Source of the DNA: Trichosphaerium sp. ATCC 40318
Taxonomy: Eukaryota > Protista > Tubulinea
Direction of reading: 5' to 3'
DNA length: 64,000 nucleotides
NCBI GenBank assembly: GCA_038496445.1
Contig: JALMLS010000320.1
Span: 186,001-250,000, forward strand
Below are positions 13,161 to 26,726 of the stretch, in pieces; position 1 is the first letter of the stretch, and each line of letters begins with the position of its first letter. The notes under the pieces were generated by a model. The model ran no database searches and had not been told where the DNA came from. It saw only the letters and a list, made by a program, of their open reading frames with translations. A program made the position numbers and the translations under genes.

Positions 13161-13756
13161 CCATTCAATCTACGATCAAACCTTAGAATTTCAGAGTTCA
13201 GGTTGGTGTGATGCTGTTTTGTACTGGCTTATCTCCTGGATATACGCTTTTGGTGCCCAGCTTAACGCGATCACGAGATCCTTTCTGCAATAGACTCTTA
13301 GTATACAACTTTGTGCGAACAACTAAACTGACACGTGACTTTGGTTAACGTACTGGGACGGAAAGAAAAACAGAATGCTCTGATACTTCCAACACAAATT
13401 GCTTTCGCGATATAGTGTTACGGGAAATAGATTTTAGTGTTTCGCGACCAAATTCGTTGGTTCCCAAACTTGACAACAACGAAACGGTTAGCACACAAAA
13501 GCGGTTGATAAAAAAACTTGACGAAAAAGGCTGCCACGAACTTCAATATTGTCCTCTCGTTATTAGTAGAGTCAGCAATAATAAATACTCTTCGCATCTT
13601 GTGTATAGTGTGCTGTACTATAAGAGCAAGTTTATGAAGATCTCGTTTGGAGTTGTCACGTGACTAGCGACGATAAAAAATGGGTCAAAAAAAAGTGAAA
13701 AAGCGCTTGATTAAAGTCGTTAAAAATACCAGCGTTGACAAGTCTAATGCCCATAA

Positions 13757-16309
13757 ATGAAGCCTGTAGTACAATTAGTTGGTGTTTATACAGGACAGGA
13801 CTATACACTTCATTTACCCACATGGAGAAGCAAAAAACGGTTTTTTGAATCGGCTGCAGCAGAACTTGGTGTTCATACCTACGATGAGTGGTATAATATA
13901 GTTTGGGATGATTTGAGGCGTATAAAAGGGAAACGGTTCATTAATAATAGGTGCTGCGCTTTTAACGCCGTTTTACGCCTATTAACACCGGTTGCGTAGT
14001 TATGAAGGCTCTTTACAAAATTGTTTGGTTGATTTGTACAAACACTACAATTGGAAGCCCTGGCAGTTTACGTACGCGAATTTAGGCTACTGGCACTGTT
14101 ACAGCTGTGTTTATCATTTGACATGCATAAGAATAACGCCCAGCGGATATTTTGACTCGGAGCCAAATAGAGTACGTGTATTAGATGATATGGCCGCGTC
14201 AATGTCGCTAAAGACGCTTGACGATTGGTACACTATCACAAAACATACAATCACTTTAAAAGGCGGGGATGCACTCTTACGCATGTAAGACGTATTTGCT
14301 TAGTTGTATTGACGCGTTTTTAAGCTACAATGGCTCAATTTCAAGATGCCTAGAGTCGCTATTTCCCAACTTCGATTGGCAAATATGGCGCTTCCAGAAT
14401 TTACCGTCAGGGAGTTTGAATGATACAAGACATCTTGAACTTGCATTTCAGAATGTTGCCCAACTTCTCAGAGTGAAGATAAATGAGCAATGGTATGATA
14501 TTACATATGACTCGTTTTGTGATAAAGGCTGCGGTTCAAGCATTTTAGAAAAGTAAGTAAAAAATAAGAAACCAAAAAATTTCGGCTTGTCACAAACGGA
14601 CGGTTTGTTTTTCTACTGGTTTAACCTCATACATGTTCAATAGGTTTGGAGGATCTTTAGGCGCTTGTTTAGAGAACCTTGTTCCAAATGAAGAATGGAA
14701 ATTGTGGAAACTAGAGTAAGTTTTGTTTTGTCGTTGATTTTGTTCTGTTAACAATGACTGTAGGACTGTACCCCTTGGTTTATGGCAAAAATTAAATACA
14801 CAACGATTAGCTTTTAATACTGACCTTGGTGAAGTGTTGAATGTAAAGGCTCTAGAAGATTGGTATGATATACCATCATCAGAGTTAAGGAGTTGTGGTG
14901 CTTATAGTATTATTACCCAGTGCGTTCTTTTGTACTTTGATGTATCAATTATTTACTGACATTGCTTTAGGTACGACTCAATGTTTGATTGTTTAAACAC
15001 TATTTATCCTGATTATCCATGGGAGAAATGGAAGTTCAAGTGCGCTATTATTAATGTTGTAATAATTATTATCGGTACCTTATTGGAGCCTTAGTCGAAG
15101 AGACAAAGGTATTTATCGCAGGAACGAAGATAGTATTCTTTCCAAAAAGTTAAATATTAAAACTGAGAGGGACAAGTTTATAAGGATGTCTAAAGCTTTT
15201 GGATTCAAGACAATCGATGATTGGTATAACATTGAAAAACAACAACTTCTCAGACACGGTGGTCGTATTATTCTGTACACATTCTTCATTCTCTACAGTC
15301 ATATTTTCTAACAAGGTTTAGGGAACAACATGAAGGCCAAGTTTCTCAATGCTTGTCTACTATATTTCCAGAGTTTTATTGGATACCTTGGAGATTCAAA
15401 AAATGGGCTATTGAAGTAGCAAGACATCAATATGATAAAGCATTAACCAAGCTTCCAATGCTTAGAAAAAGTCTTGGTATTACTTCACCTGATATGTGGT
15501 ACGTGATTTCTTTATACAAGTTTATCCTATGATAGCGGAAGCTAAACAAGTTGAGTTAGGTATCGGATATCACAACATCAATTGATAGAAAATGATTGTA
15601 ACATATTGGTTAAATTCTGGCCTTTTATTCTTTCGGATTTTGACCCAAAGTACCCTTGGGTATGGAATAACTTTAACGCTGGTGGAAAGAAATCTACTCA
15701 AAGGTATTGCTGGGTTTAATAAAGAGCTATATTTGATTCTATAATAAGTATGATCTCACCCAAACTTCTAGATTGTTGGTCAGTGCATTGGAGATTATTT
15801 TCCCGAATGAAGAGATTGTTGAAGAAGCAAAGTTAGATCTACAAACACAGAGTGTTGATAGTGTTACTGTTGATATTTATATTCCAAATCAAAATATAGC
15901 AATCGAGTACCAAGGTATGAACTGAAAGAGACCCAAAAAATCATATGTTGACAATCTTACAACCCCTAGGTGAACAACATTATAAAGACATATATTCTTG
16001 GTACCCATCAGATGTACAGAAAATACATGATGTCGAGAAGAAGCAACTCTGTAGAGAGATTGGTACGTTGACCTTTAACAACTGCTTGAGTTTTGAAGAA
16101 ATTACTTACTTTTTCTTGAAGGTGTTCACTTGATTCCAATACCTTATTGGTGGAAACATGATGTGGCATCTATAGCAGCTACAATTAACTATTTTGTTCC
16201 TTGCTCTGATATTAAAAAGAATCTATTCAAATCCGCCAAGCCGCTTCTTGAAGATGATTTAAAGATACCGTTCTTGAATGATCTAATGAGTCCAAACGCT
16301 ACTTTCTAG
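13757..16309 (+). CDS. Trp-rich (DWY) tandem-repeat protein with a C-terminal PD-(D/E)XK (Vsr/DUF559-like) nuclease domain, multi-exon
   Basis: About six ~70-aa repeats (L-x-DWY-x-I...GG...GS...CL...P-x-x-x-W-x-x-W-x-F), then VDIYIPNQNIAIEYQGEQHY...DVEKKQLCREIGVHLIPIPYWW. The start codon is uncertain. Confidence 0.8.
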
Positions 16310-16764
16310 ATACAAAAAAGAGTATAATATCAATAAAGTGGACGGACACGTGAGAACTGATGCAAAGAATACAAGGAAGACATTGTTCTGAAACAAAAAG
16401 AACAAATAGCACAAATAGCTCATCAGATGGTAGTGAACAACTGTAATCGGCATGCGATAGTGGTGGAGTGTAGCAACGTATTGTGTTTAAGGAGAGTGCG
16501 CTCTGATAAAACACCTAACAATAAAAATGAAAAAAGTATCAAATTAACAACTAGTAAACACGTGGTTGGCTTCGCCGTAAATAACACTGTAAAACATCGT
16601 GCAACTGGTCACAACAAGATTCGAAAAGTTTCCATTCTTTAGCAGTCGCAACTGCACAGCAGCAGTGTTGTTACCTTTCTGGCAAAGCCAACAGTCTTTT
16701 TTTTTTTGGATTGTTAAGTCAGAGTAGGTTAATTTTACTTTTACAATTCATCCTAACACCTGCC

Positions 16765-17967
16765 ATGAGCTCTAAAAAGTCTACGAAGCGTAAACGAAAG
16801 AGTGGAAAATCCTCTAAACAAAAACGACCTAAAATAGCCGAAGATAGCGGTATATCTGTATACAAAGAGCCAAAACGTAACGGTAGAGGCGAAATTCAAT
16901 TTCCTGATTGTGAGGCCTTCAGACCAAACCTGGTATGTATATACGACCTGAATACGCGAAAACAACGCATTACGTGCTCATTTGGGCCTATTCTCTTTTT
17001 TATTTGACACAATTACTCTGAAAGTGGTTCGTATGGCTATATATGCGCCTTGTAAATACTAGGAGCAATTCTTCGCTATTTCCAAGCGCAGTGCGCCATC
17101 TCGCTTAAACACCTTTTGCCACACTTAACCTAGCTTCAAAATGTCTTCACAATGCCCAAACTGTCAACCCTTTGTTTTTATCTTGTTGCTTTTTATTACA
17201 AGCAACGAACTATGAACTAATTCTTATCTTAGACGCCAAAAGAAGTCATCCAAAGTGGCAGCTTTGGAGGTGGTTACTTCCGAACTATAACATCCTCAAT
17301 AACAGGCAAGGTTGAAGAAGCAGATGATGAAGAAACAGGATGGAAGGCACTACCATTAAAATGGTACGTAGTGAATTACGGTAGACCACACCTTCAACCA
17401 TAAAAAACAAAAAGCATACACAACATCTACTTTTGTCACGTGATTTCTAAAATTCATTGTTTATCGCTAACCTGCACTTAAGGTTTAAGGGATTAGATAT
17501 TGAAGAGCGTGTCACAAGTCCTACATACAATAAAGGAGTAAATACATACAAAGTGAAGAGCGGATCTGATTTGAAAGAGTGGGAAAATAAAAAATGGATT
17601 GTTGCACAAGATCCAAGGTATCATTATCAATTGTCCTCATCTTAAATTAAACTATCACGTGTAGAGGGTGGTTTCAATGGTATTGCCAATACTACACTGG
17701 AAGACGAACTGATGATGATAAAAGACAAATTGACAGATGGCTAGGTAAGTAGTTAAAAAGGTCCTACCTTTTTTTGGTATTTACAGTTATGTTCAAGGTG
17801 TTTGTGGACCAAATGGCAGGTGGCGTAAGAACCTGGTAAATAAGATTGTTAAAGCTAAAAAGGCACATAATGACTCTACTGTGTCACCTGTAATACGACA
17901 AACTCTTCAACATTGGGGATATAGATTAAACAAGTTTGACTTTGAAAACGATTCCAGCACAATGTAA
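16765..17967 (+). CDS. Conserved protein of unknown function (zgc:113208-like family, often mislabelled HET-E-1)
   Basis: FRPNLTPKEVIQSGSFGGGYFR, QDPRGWFQWYCQYYTGRRTDDDKRQIDRW and SPVIRQTLQHWGY motifs across 5 exons, with a Lys-rich NLS-like N-terminus. Confidence 0.85.
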
Positions 17968-18270
17968 CAAGCAACAGAATAAACAAACGTTAAACAATTT
18001 CTCTACCACTAGAACGTAAGCAGGTTTTTGGTAACAACCCTCAACCAACAATAACTTACAAAGGGTACGTACACTCCACAGCCCCAGTGAAGCAACAATT
18101 GCGGATATGGTTAGCGGAGCTTTTCAATAATTGTACTGCTTCACCAATCATGGTCGGGTTCTATCACGTGATAAAAAATAACGCAAAAAAGTTAAGAGTC
18201 AGCTGAAAGTCTACACAGTCAAAAGACACCTACCTTTAAAATCTAAGGATAGCTTCCCTGTTTACCCGAA

Positions 18271-19078
18271 ATGGCCTTACAACACAATGTATGGTATTTT
18301 ACAAGAATTTTCAGTAGCTAACTGTGTTTAGGTAAGCGCAAGCAGGGTGCACCACGATAGTCCCCTACTACGTCTTCCTGTGGAGTTACAACTAGACATC
18401 ATTGATTTAGACTCAGAAGTGTACGTTAAAATGCCAATCTTATCAAAACAAACAGCAACGACTACAAGATTTGATTGTGACCTGAAAAAACACGGAAAGT
18501 GGCTGAAAATAAGGATAAACTCGAAAGTATCATGTGAAGAGTATTGGAAACACGGTGAACGTCATGGAACGTTCAAATCATGGCATAACAACGGTCAACT
18601 AAAGAGCGAACTTAAATATCTCAATGGTAAGCTAGAAGGAGAGGCCAAGGATTGGCACATAAACGGTCAGTGTAGTCAACAACGCTTTTATGTCAATCAC
18701 AAGCTTCATGGAGAGTTCAAAAGGTGGCACAAAAATGGACAGTTGCTATTAGAGTGTCAGTTTTTTAAAAACAAACATGAAGGAAAATTTCGATCATGGT
18801 ATAGAAACAACGGACAGCTGATGGTGGAGCGTCATTACGTTAATGGCTTATCTGAAGGAGAGTATAAAAAGTGGTATAGTAACGGACAACTGATGGTTGA
18901 GTGTCAGTACATTAATGGTAAACGTGAAGGTGACTTTAAAATTTGGCATGTGAATGGTCAAATGTCTTATCGTTGTACTTATGTCAATAATTACAAGCGA
19001 CAATGCAAGGGTTGGAATGAGGATGGTACACAACAAAAAGAAAACGCTGCGCTGAACGGCTGGTTAAGGCCAATGTGA
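18271..19078 (+). CDS. F-box + MORN-variant repeat protein, 2 exons
   Basis: Exon 1 MALQHN (18271-18288), phase-0 intron 18289-18331, then LLRLPVELQLDII...ILSK...TTRFDCDLKKHGKW and about 7 WH/WY-x-NGQ repeats. Confidence 0.88.
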
Positions 19079-19645
19079 CAATATTACCAGCGCCAATGTA
19101 CAAACAATAAAACCTCGGTGGTAATCATAACACTAATACTGGAGCAGTTAACGGTACAGAGGCTGTCAAACGTCTAAAGCTGGAACTCTGTTCCATTCTA
19201 ACTAGTTGACCCAAAAGAACTAGGAAAGAGGTTTCACAGCGTAGAGAATGAGTTTTATACTAGTTTGGCATAATACGAAGATTTTAGGAGCACAAACACT
19301 TTATAAGAGCTAAAAAAATGCTCTATACGCGTGTTAAATACTGTTCTACTTATTTGCAGTGCTTTTTAATGAAAAGACAGTTTTGTGGTTTGAATGGTTA
19401 AACCAAACCATGTGCTAATACCTTTGTGCCAAAAACAGCGATATTCACGTTCAAGAAGCTTGAATTCGTTAAATCGAGACAAATGAACTAAAAAGGAACA
19501 TGCCATTCCTAAGCGAACACACACGGAAGGGGTAAATGTTCCACCGGAACTGAAAACCTTAAAAAAGGTGAAAATTCATCGTTTTCGACTTTTAGCCATT
19601 TATTTCCGGTTTAACAGCATTCACAACAACAACTTCATAAACACA

Positions 19646-21137
19646 ATGTCGGAAACTAAAAAGAAGCTTACTGAAACTATCTTGGCAGATACTGCAGCAA
19701 AGACAACAATGAAATATAACTACCTTGGTAACAGTGGTGTAAAGGTTTCTGAGATTTGTATGGGTACGTACTACCTGTTTTTAGGGTTTCTCGCACTATG
19801 AAACATTTGTTAACTTTTTTTGCTTTTGCAGGTACTATGACGTTTGGTAATGCAAAGAATATGGACTACAACCTTCCTACAATATCAACAGAAGAGAGTT
19901 TCGCTCTTATGGATAAGTTTGTAGAAGCTGGTGGTAACTTTTTTGATACCGCAAACATTTACGGTAAAGGAGAAAGTGAAAGAGTTGGTACGGAAATCCT
20001 TAGGTTTTAGTAGTCCAATAAGTCCGTGGGTTTTTTTGTTGACATTCATTGTATAGTCGGTAAATGGATTAAAGCTAGAAACAACAGAGATCAAATAGTA
20101 CTTGCTACAAAAGGCACGTGATGGCATAATTTTGAGAAAACAAATTTTGTGCAGTTTGCTTTTATTAATGTCATGTAGGATATTTCCGTATGGGTGGTAA
20201 AGGACCAAACAATGTTGGTTACATGAGTCTCTCGAGCGTTTAGATGTTGATTACATCGATTTGTACCAAGTAAGTTGCTATTTACTTTCATTTTCTTATA
20301 CAGCCATAGCTTCATGGATTTGATGCTGGTACACCAGTTCGTGAGCTTCTAAGAACACTTCACAGCTTGGTCATGGAGGGTAAAATAAGATACATTGGTA
20401 TTTCAAACTGGCCTGCGTGGGCCGTTCAAAACGCAATGAACATTGCTCGATATGAGAATATGACATGTACCACTTTTTTGTTGCTTTGATAGGACGTCAT
20501 AGTTTTGTTTATTTGTTTAACTAGGTTTTGTATCATTACAAGCTCAATACAATCTCCTTACACGATGCCCTGAATATGAACTATTTCCATGTTGTCGTGT
20601 ATGTCACTGATAGTGCTTGCAAAAATACTAATCTCAATAGGCCAACAATGTTGCCTATCTTCCATGGTCACCTCTAAAAGGAGGTTGGTTGTCTGGAAGG
20701 TATGTACGTGATATGGAGAAGCCAACACAAGGTCGAGTTGCATGGGCCGAGAAAGTAGGTTGGAAAGAAACAGCATGGTCAAACCTTGCAAATGAACAGT
20801 AAGTTGTTACCTTTATAACGTTCACTTTCTAATGCTTGTTTTTTAGCACGTGGGGAACTATTGACGCTTTGAAAAAGATCTCAGAAGATATTAAGCGTCC
20901 TATAGCTCAAGTAGCACTCCGCTGGGTGATGCAAAGACCAGGTGTACTTCAACTCTCATTGGTGCAAGAAAAATGAGACATCTTCTTGATAATCTCGGTA
21001 CAACTGAGTTTACCTTGACTGATGAGCAAATGAAAGCACTTAATACGGCATCTAGCAATCCTCTACCATATCCTTATAATCTTATTGAGGGTACTGGTAC
21101 AATGCACGGTCGCTCAAGAGATGACAGAATGTTCTAA
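19646..21137 (+). pseudogene. Aldo-keto reductase, inverted duplicate carrying frameshifts
   Basis: Exons are near-identical to 9939-11499, but a 28-nt segment (NRSFIIRCL codons) is missing at about 20222 and 1 nt is missing at about 20945 (GGTGTAC vs GGTGTTAC). Confidence 0.8.
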
Positions 21138-21360
21138 ATGTACCAAAAAAAAATCGACCAGCAATAAAGTTTCTCCGTTCTCATCCTTTTCAAGCCATAT
21201 TTTCGTATGTTTATAGAAACAATAAATATGTACCAGGTGCACAGTGAATTGCCTAGGGTTAACCAAAGGTAATAGTAACAGAATTGTAAAAAGTTGTTCG
21301 AGTCTTTATTTTGACGCTCGACATCACGTGACTTTTACAAATTGATTTTTTGCTTTGACG

Positions 21361-21567
21361 CTACTCATCGTCTACACTTCTAATCAACTGCTTTTTTTCA
21401 GGGTTCTTGTGCTTGTTTACTCCAGATTGCTTTGATAACTTCTGTTGTTGTTTCTTGTTAGCTTTCAACTCCTTTTCTTTCTTTGCCTCTTCAGGGTGAA
21501 ACACTTTTTTCTTTGGTTGCTCGATGTACGTTCTATGAGGTTCTTGCTTCATTACTTTGTCTGTCAT
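21361..21567 (-). CDS. Small Lys/Gln-rich basic protein of unknown function
   Basis: 68-aa ATG-to-stop ORF with a protein-like charged composition, occupying an otherwise empty gap between genes. Confidence 0.45.
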   Translation of the reverse strand: MTDKVMKQEPHRTYIEQPKKKVFHPEEAKKEKELKANKKQQQKLSKQSGVNKHKNPEKKQLIRSVDDE

Positions 21568-21994
21568 TGTGTTGGCTTTGGTTGGTTGTGCAGAATGGTG
21601 AAATGGATTGACTACACTATTTACTCACATTCTAGAACGAGTCAATTTGCGCCTATCATTGCATCCATTTTTCTGAGCAACCTGTGAAGAGAGTTACATA
21701 ACACACAAATCGACAATGAAGAATCGAGAAAGTGGTTACCAAACTATATAGCGCATGTACCCTGGTTGTCTTTCTATGAACGATCAGTCATATCGTGTGC
21801 CTGTACTTTAGATGAATGTTGTACAACCAGAATATCTCAGGTTGATTTATTGGGTGCGGGTATCAACTATTGAACATAGTGGCCTATAAACTTCTCAAGT
21901 ACCCCACCACTTATTACTAGGCATGCAATGAAATCTTAAAATAGCAAAAGTCGAAAGTTCGCAACAACCAAAGAAAAAAATTAATGTTGTATTA

Positions 21995-24900
21995 TTACAC
22001 TGCTTCCAGTCTCTCTGTAAGGTGTAATAATTGTTTATCAAGAAATACCCGTCTTCTTTTCCAGCCTATGCTTTCCTCTGCAGTAGCTCCTGATATCTTT
22101 ATTTGTTGTAGCTTAACTAACTCATCTTCAATCTTTGATATTGAAGCAGTCAATTCAGCAACTACTTGAGACCTTTCTAATAATTCCATTCGTTTAACAA
22201 AAGCAGTATCACTAAGAAGCTCCTAAAGGGTAGGTAAATAAGCAAAACAAGAAGAAAACAAGAAATAAACAAGTAAGAAAGAGAAAAAGAAGAATAGCGA
22301 AACAAAGCAAAAAAAAAGACATACTTTCGTGGCAACGTGCCAGAGAGGTGATCTAGAAGTTATGAATCGCTCTCCGTCTATTTCAGGTTCCATATGAATC
22401 ATATGAGAATTAAGCATTGCATGAAGAGTATCTTCCTTCCCTCTAAAAACAAAAACTTAATAAAAAAATAATAAGAGGTTCTTGTAGTTGTTTGTGGTTT
22501 TCTTTCCACGACACGTACCCAAATACGCCATTAACAAGTTCTTTGTATGTTACTTGGTGCATATCTTGAGTAACAAGTTTCAAACATTTCCACATTTGTA
22601 GCTCTGTCCATTGGTTCTCGTTTTGAGTGAATCCACGTCGTTTGATCTCAGTAATCGACTCAGCAACCATATCAGCTACTGCCTCTGTAAAATTATTAGC
22701 ACGATTCAATACGCCCTAACAAGTGGTTGTTGAGTACTTTTTAATTGTGTTTTATTTCTTATACGTGTTGCCAGGGACGTTAAATCCTAAATGGAACAGA
22801 ATATTAACAAAAAAGTATTACAACATTCTCGTGAGAGATTTTTACCTTAGGTCTACCACCTACTGTTTCTATAGCTTTATTTATATGTTCTTCTTGCTCT
22901 TTTGTAAGTTTTATATCAGTAAGCTCATCTTTAGGTATATCTAAAACCGGGTAAACAACCCAATGTAAAACAAGAAAAACAACTTACAAATATCAATTTC
23001 TGGCAACTCCCCAAACAATGCATGCCACAGCTTTGAGTTTTTGGTCTTCTTGGACTCTGATTTTTCTGCTGGTATGTTATGTGCTGCCGACCAATGAAAG
23101 GATAAGAATCTCTTCGCAGACTCTTTACTCATATCTGGTATCTCAATTGTATTGTAATTCCCAGCAAGCTCTAAATACTAAATCAACACAGAAAAAATCA
23201 ACGAGACTCAAAAAAATAAAGTCACGGTGTTTCACAGGTCAACGGGTTTCGAAATAATGAATGACAAGGATACCCGGTGGATAATTGGCATATGCTCTAC
23301 TATGGATCGCAAAAGAGTAAAAGTACTAGGAACTTTTGGTTTTCTTTTTTTGGTTTTTGACATACCTTTCTTTAGAAATTCTTCTGTAAGTGGTGTACCC
23401 ACAATAGCTACGTGACAACATTTGTACTCAACAGTAACCCTCTCTATCCAGCTCACAAGCCCTTTCAATAATATTTTTGCTGAAGCCTTAGTGTCATCAT
23501 TAGAGTCTAAAGACGACTTAGCACAACTATAAACAATTACGATTGCTTACTTTCTATGCTGTTTAATAAATCTTGGAACCCGTCAAATACTACAACAGGT
23601 CTTGTTGATATTTCAGGCATTATCTTTATAATACGAAGAGCAGTGGTTAATGTCTCTAAGCAACTGCTGAGCTGCTCTGATCGCGTTTCAATAACTAAAA
23701 TTCTGGTTAGTTCTGGATCTAAATACCCTAGCATTGACTGTCGCACAAGGATCTTTAACACCGAACAATGATGTAGCCCAACGATACATTTTACTTATCC
23801 GCGAGAAAGAAGGTACAAAGCCAATAGCAAGCTCGAGATCGTCCACAAATGATGTCTATGTAAGGTGTCAGAAAGAGTTAATATTTGTCTTCTAATTTTT
23901 GAACCAAAAGAAAAATAGCGGAAGTTGGTCCAATCAATGACGTTATTGTAATGAAAATATCTTTGGCCGTTGTTAAGTGATTTAAAGTAAGCAAGAAAAA
24001 CTTACCTGTTCTGTTCGCTCATAAAAATGACCATCCTTACAATCAACACGAATAGCAAAAGGTCGTTTATGAACAAGACACTTCATGTTTGTAGTCTTTC
24101 CTGCACCTATCAGAAACGTGTTAATGAATAAACCCCGTATGATATAGATACCTGCAGCACCAACAATGAAAGTAACACAACGTGGTTCTGTATCAAAATG
24201 CTTAACAAGATCTACACAAAAAATCAACACCTAGTAATAAAACAAGAATCATTCTTGCCTGCGTGGAGCATGTCTCTGCCATGTAACCCGCGATGTATAC
24301 GTTCATTCCAAGTCAATGCAAGTGTTCTCATTACATTCAATAGACGGAAAGGTTCAAGCAGGAGAACAAGGAGCGCAACCAACAAGAAGAAAAGAGCAGA
24401 CAACTAAAAAGGAAATATGATTAGAAAACTAAACAAACAGTTGAGGTACTATACTCACCAAAGGAGGAGACTTCATAATCACAGATAACCGTTGCATATT
24501 CTAAAAATGCCATAAGATGACTTAAAACACCAGATGAGAATAGACTACTTACCAAGTAAGAATGTGGAAGATAAGAGAAATAAACAACTGACTCGCCATC
24601 TCCACCTGGAAACTTTGCTCTATGCAAGCAATTCCTTGCTCTGTTTGATAACAAAAAAGAGTGAATTCAACATACAACGAGTAATAGAGAGGCATTGAAA
24701 GACTAAGAGCAATCAACAATCTGACTTGTACCTGATAGCTCCTGTTTTCATAAAAAAAGTTGCAGTACATTTTCCACCATCGACAACAACATTACTGAGT
24801 TTACCATATTGACGTAAGAACGCAAACATATCTTCTTCTTTAAGGTTTTTAATAGGCGGATTGAATGTAGCTTCAATTTTCACAGTTGGTCTTGCAGTGA

Positions 24901-25771
24901 GAATATCTTCTACGAACGGCTCACCCTAATCAACACTTTGTAAGAAATTGAGATTTGCCCTAAAACTCAAAATGTTGTTTGCAACTATTCTTACCCTGAC
25001 TAAGTTTGCTCCATATGTATTCCTCTCTAGTGAGTTCTTAGCTGTACCTGTATTGATAGGTAATCTATCGATAGCAGCTAGTACATCTGAAGCTGAGTCA
25101 AAGAACAAATAACAACCACCTTCCTTAACACGAGAAATAATCTATCATAAGAACATTAATCAGGTAGTTCTTAGTTCACTTAATCTTTTATAGCGTACTG
25201 TCATATCCCCTTTAACATGCGGATCCAATGTGTTCCGGAGACGGTCTTCCTTTGCAGATGGAGTGAGTTCACAGCGAGAATACAATTACTCACTTCATGT
25301 CCAATCTTTGGTCGGAAATTGTACCCTAAAACTCTAGCAGCGGATATAAACGCATCAAGCGCTGGCCCATATAGAGAACCAAGTCTATGGCATAGTAAGC
25401 GTAGAACTTTGTTTAACTGATTTTGCCAAATTCACCTGTAAATGTTATCAACCCATATTCCATACTTGTGTGGGGCGTCTGGAGGCATCGCTACGCCGTA
25501 CTAAGCAAGTTATAATGTGTCGTGACAAATAACGGTCGTACAGATGCTAATATCCTTCTCGTGTTTTCAGTGGACCGTAGGACATCTATTATTTCCTCAG
25601 CACTGAGTGTCGCTCCAGGTTTGAGGCTAGAGCTCGCATAACGCTTTGTGACGCGTATTCGCCGTGTTGGAGCGTACTGGAACCCAGTACCATACCTCGG
25701 GCGCGTTAACCGCTAAAATCGAGTTATTTCACAGCATTATACATTCAACGTACAGCAAAACGGTTAAGCAT
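21995..25771 (-). CDS. YME2: Mitochondrial escape protein 2 (RRM + RNA12 P-loop ATPase), many exons
   Basis: Arg-rich presequence MLNRFARLTRPRYG, then EGGCYLFF, LVRGEPFVEDI, EEDMFAFLRQYG (RRM), a TM segment before EPFRLL, FIVGAAGAGKT (Walker A), RPVVVFDGF and QWTELQMWK. Confidence 0.8.
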
Positions 25772-25881
25772 CGAGCAATATTGGTTAGATTCATGTTAAA
25801 ACATGTCTTGCCTAGTCAACTACTAAACAACGTGATTTCACATAGCAAATAGCTTCTAATTGAGCAGTAAAGCAACTACAA

Positions 25882-26606
25882 ATGCCAAAGCAAGTTGTAA
25901 ATCGTGTGACGTTCAAGTACGTCCTGACATAAGTTCTGTAGCCTCTAAAAGCACTAGACACGATTGGCGTACTGTGTTTCAGGCTAGCTGGCGGAAATAC
26001 CCTCATCCAAATAGACCAGACGTAGCGGCTGTAGACATCATCAACAAAGAGTTAGACGCTGAGAACGGCATATTGACAACCACACGCCTTGTTTCGTTCC
26101 ATCCAACGGGATGGCCACCTTGGCTTCTAACAGTACATACCTGCGTAAACAAGCAAAATTGAGCGTATTTTAGTTACTTGGTGGCGGAACAAGCTATTTT
26201 TTGGAAGAAGCAAGAATAGACCTTAACAAGCGAGAAATGATTCTTTACAGTAAAAACCTATCGTTTACAGTTGCTTGCAGCATGATTGAGTGTTGTATTT
26301 ACACAGTAAACCCTGAAAATCCCGAATGGTACGCCTAAACGCTTTCCCTACGCGTGGTTCAATTGATTCAAAACGTTACAATGCTTTTGAACTCGTTCTA
26401 ATGGAAAAAACTCTAGGACTGATTTAAAGCAAATAGCAAGAGCTCAATCACATGTATTTGGATTTAGAGCGGCTATGGAAGGATGGGTACTTGATAGGTT
26501 TAAAAAGAACGCTGGTATGGGGAAATATATAATGATAGATGCTTGCAAACTGGTCAACATGCACAAACTAAGACAACCGTCTTTTTTAAAGATGACTGAC
26601 TATTAA
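25882..26606 (+). CDS. PRELI/MSF1 (Ups/PRELID) mitochondrial lipid-transfer protein
   Basis: MPKQVVNRVTFKHDWRTVFQASWRKYPHP...VDII...GILTTTRL...SKNLSF...Y..NPENPEWTDLKQ, in 4 exons. Confidence 0.88.
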
Positions 26607-26726
26607 AAAAAATCACGTTGTTTGAGGTCAATGTGAGGTCCAGAGATCATGTTTTCGGTTAAAGCAATAGCTGTAGAATGAGGGCGTATTGGCTTTTTGG
26701 TATTACATTTATATGGGTTTTTATTA

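Noticed and set aside
9001-19078. F-box-MORN genes as retrocopies or transposon cargo
   Set aside because: They retain introns, and I saw no poly(A) tails, shared flanks, TIRs or target-site duplications.
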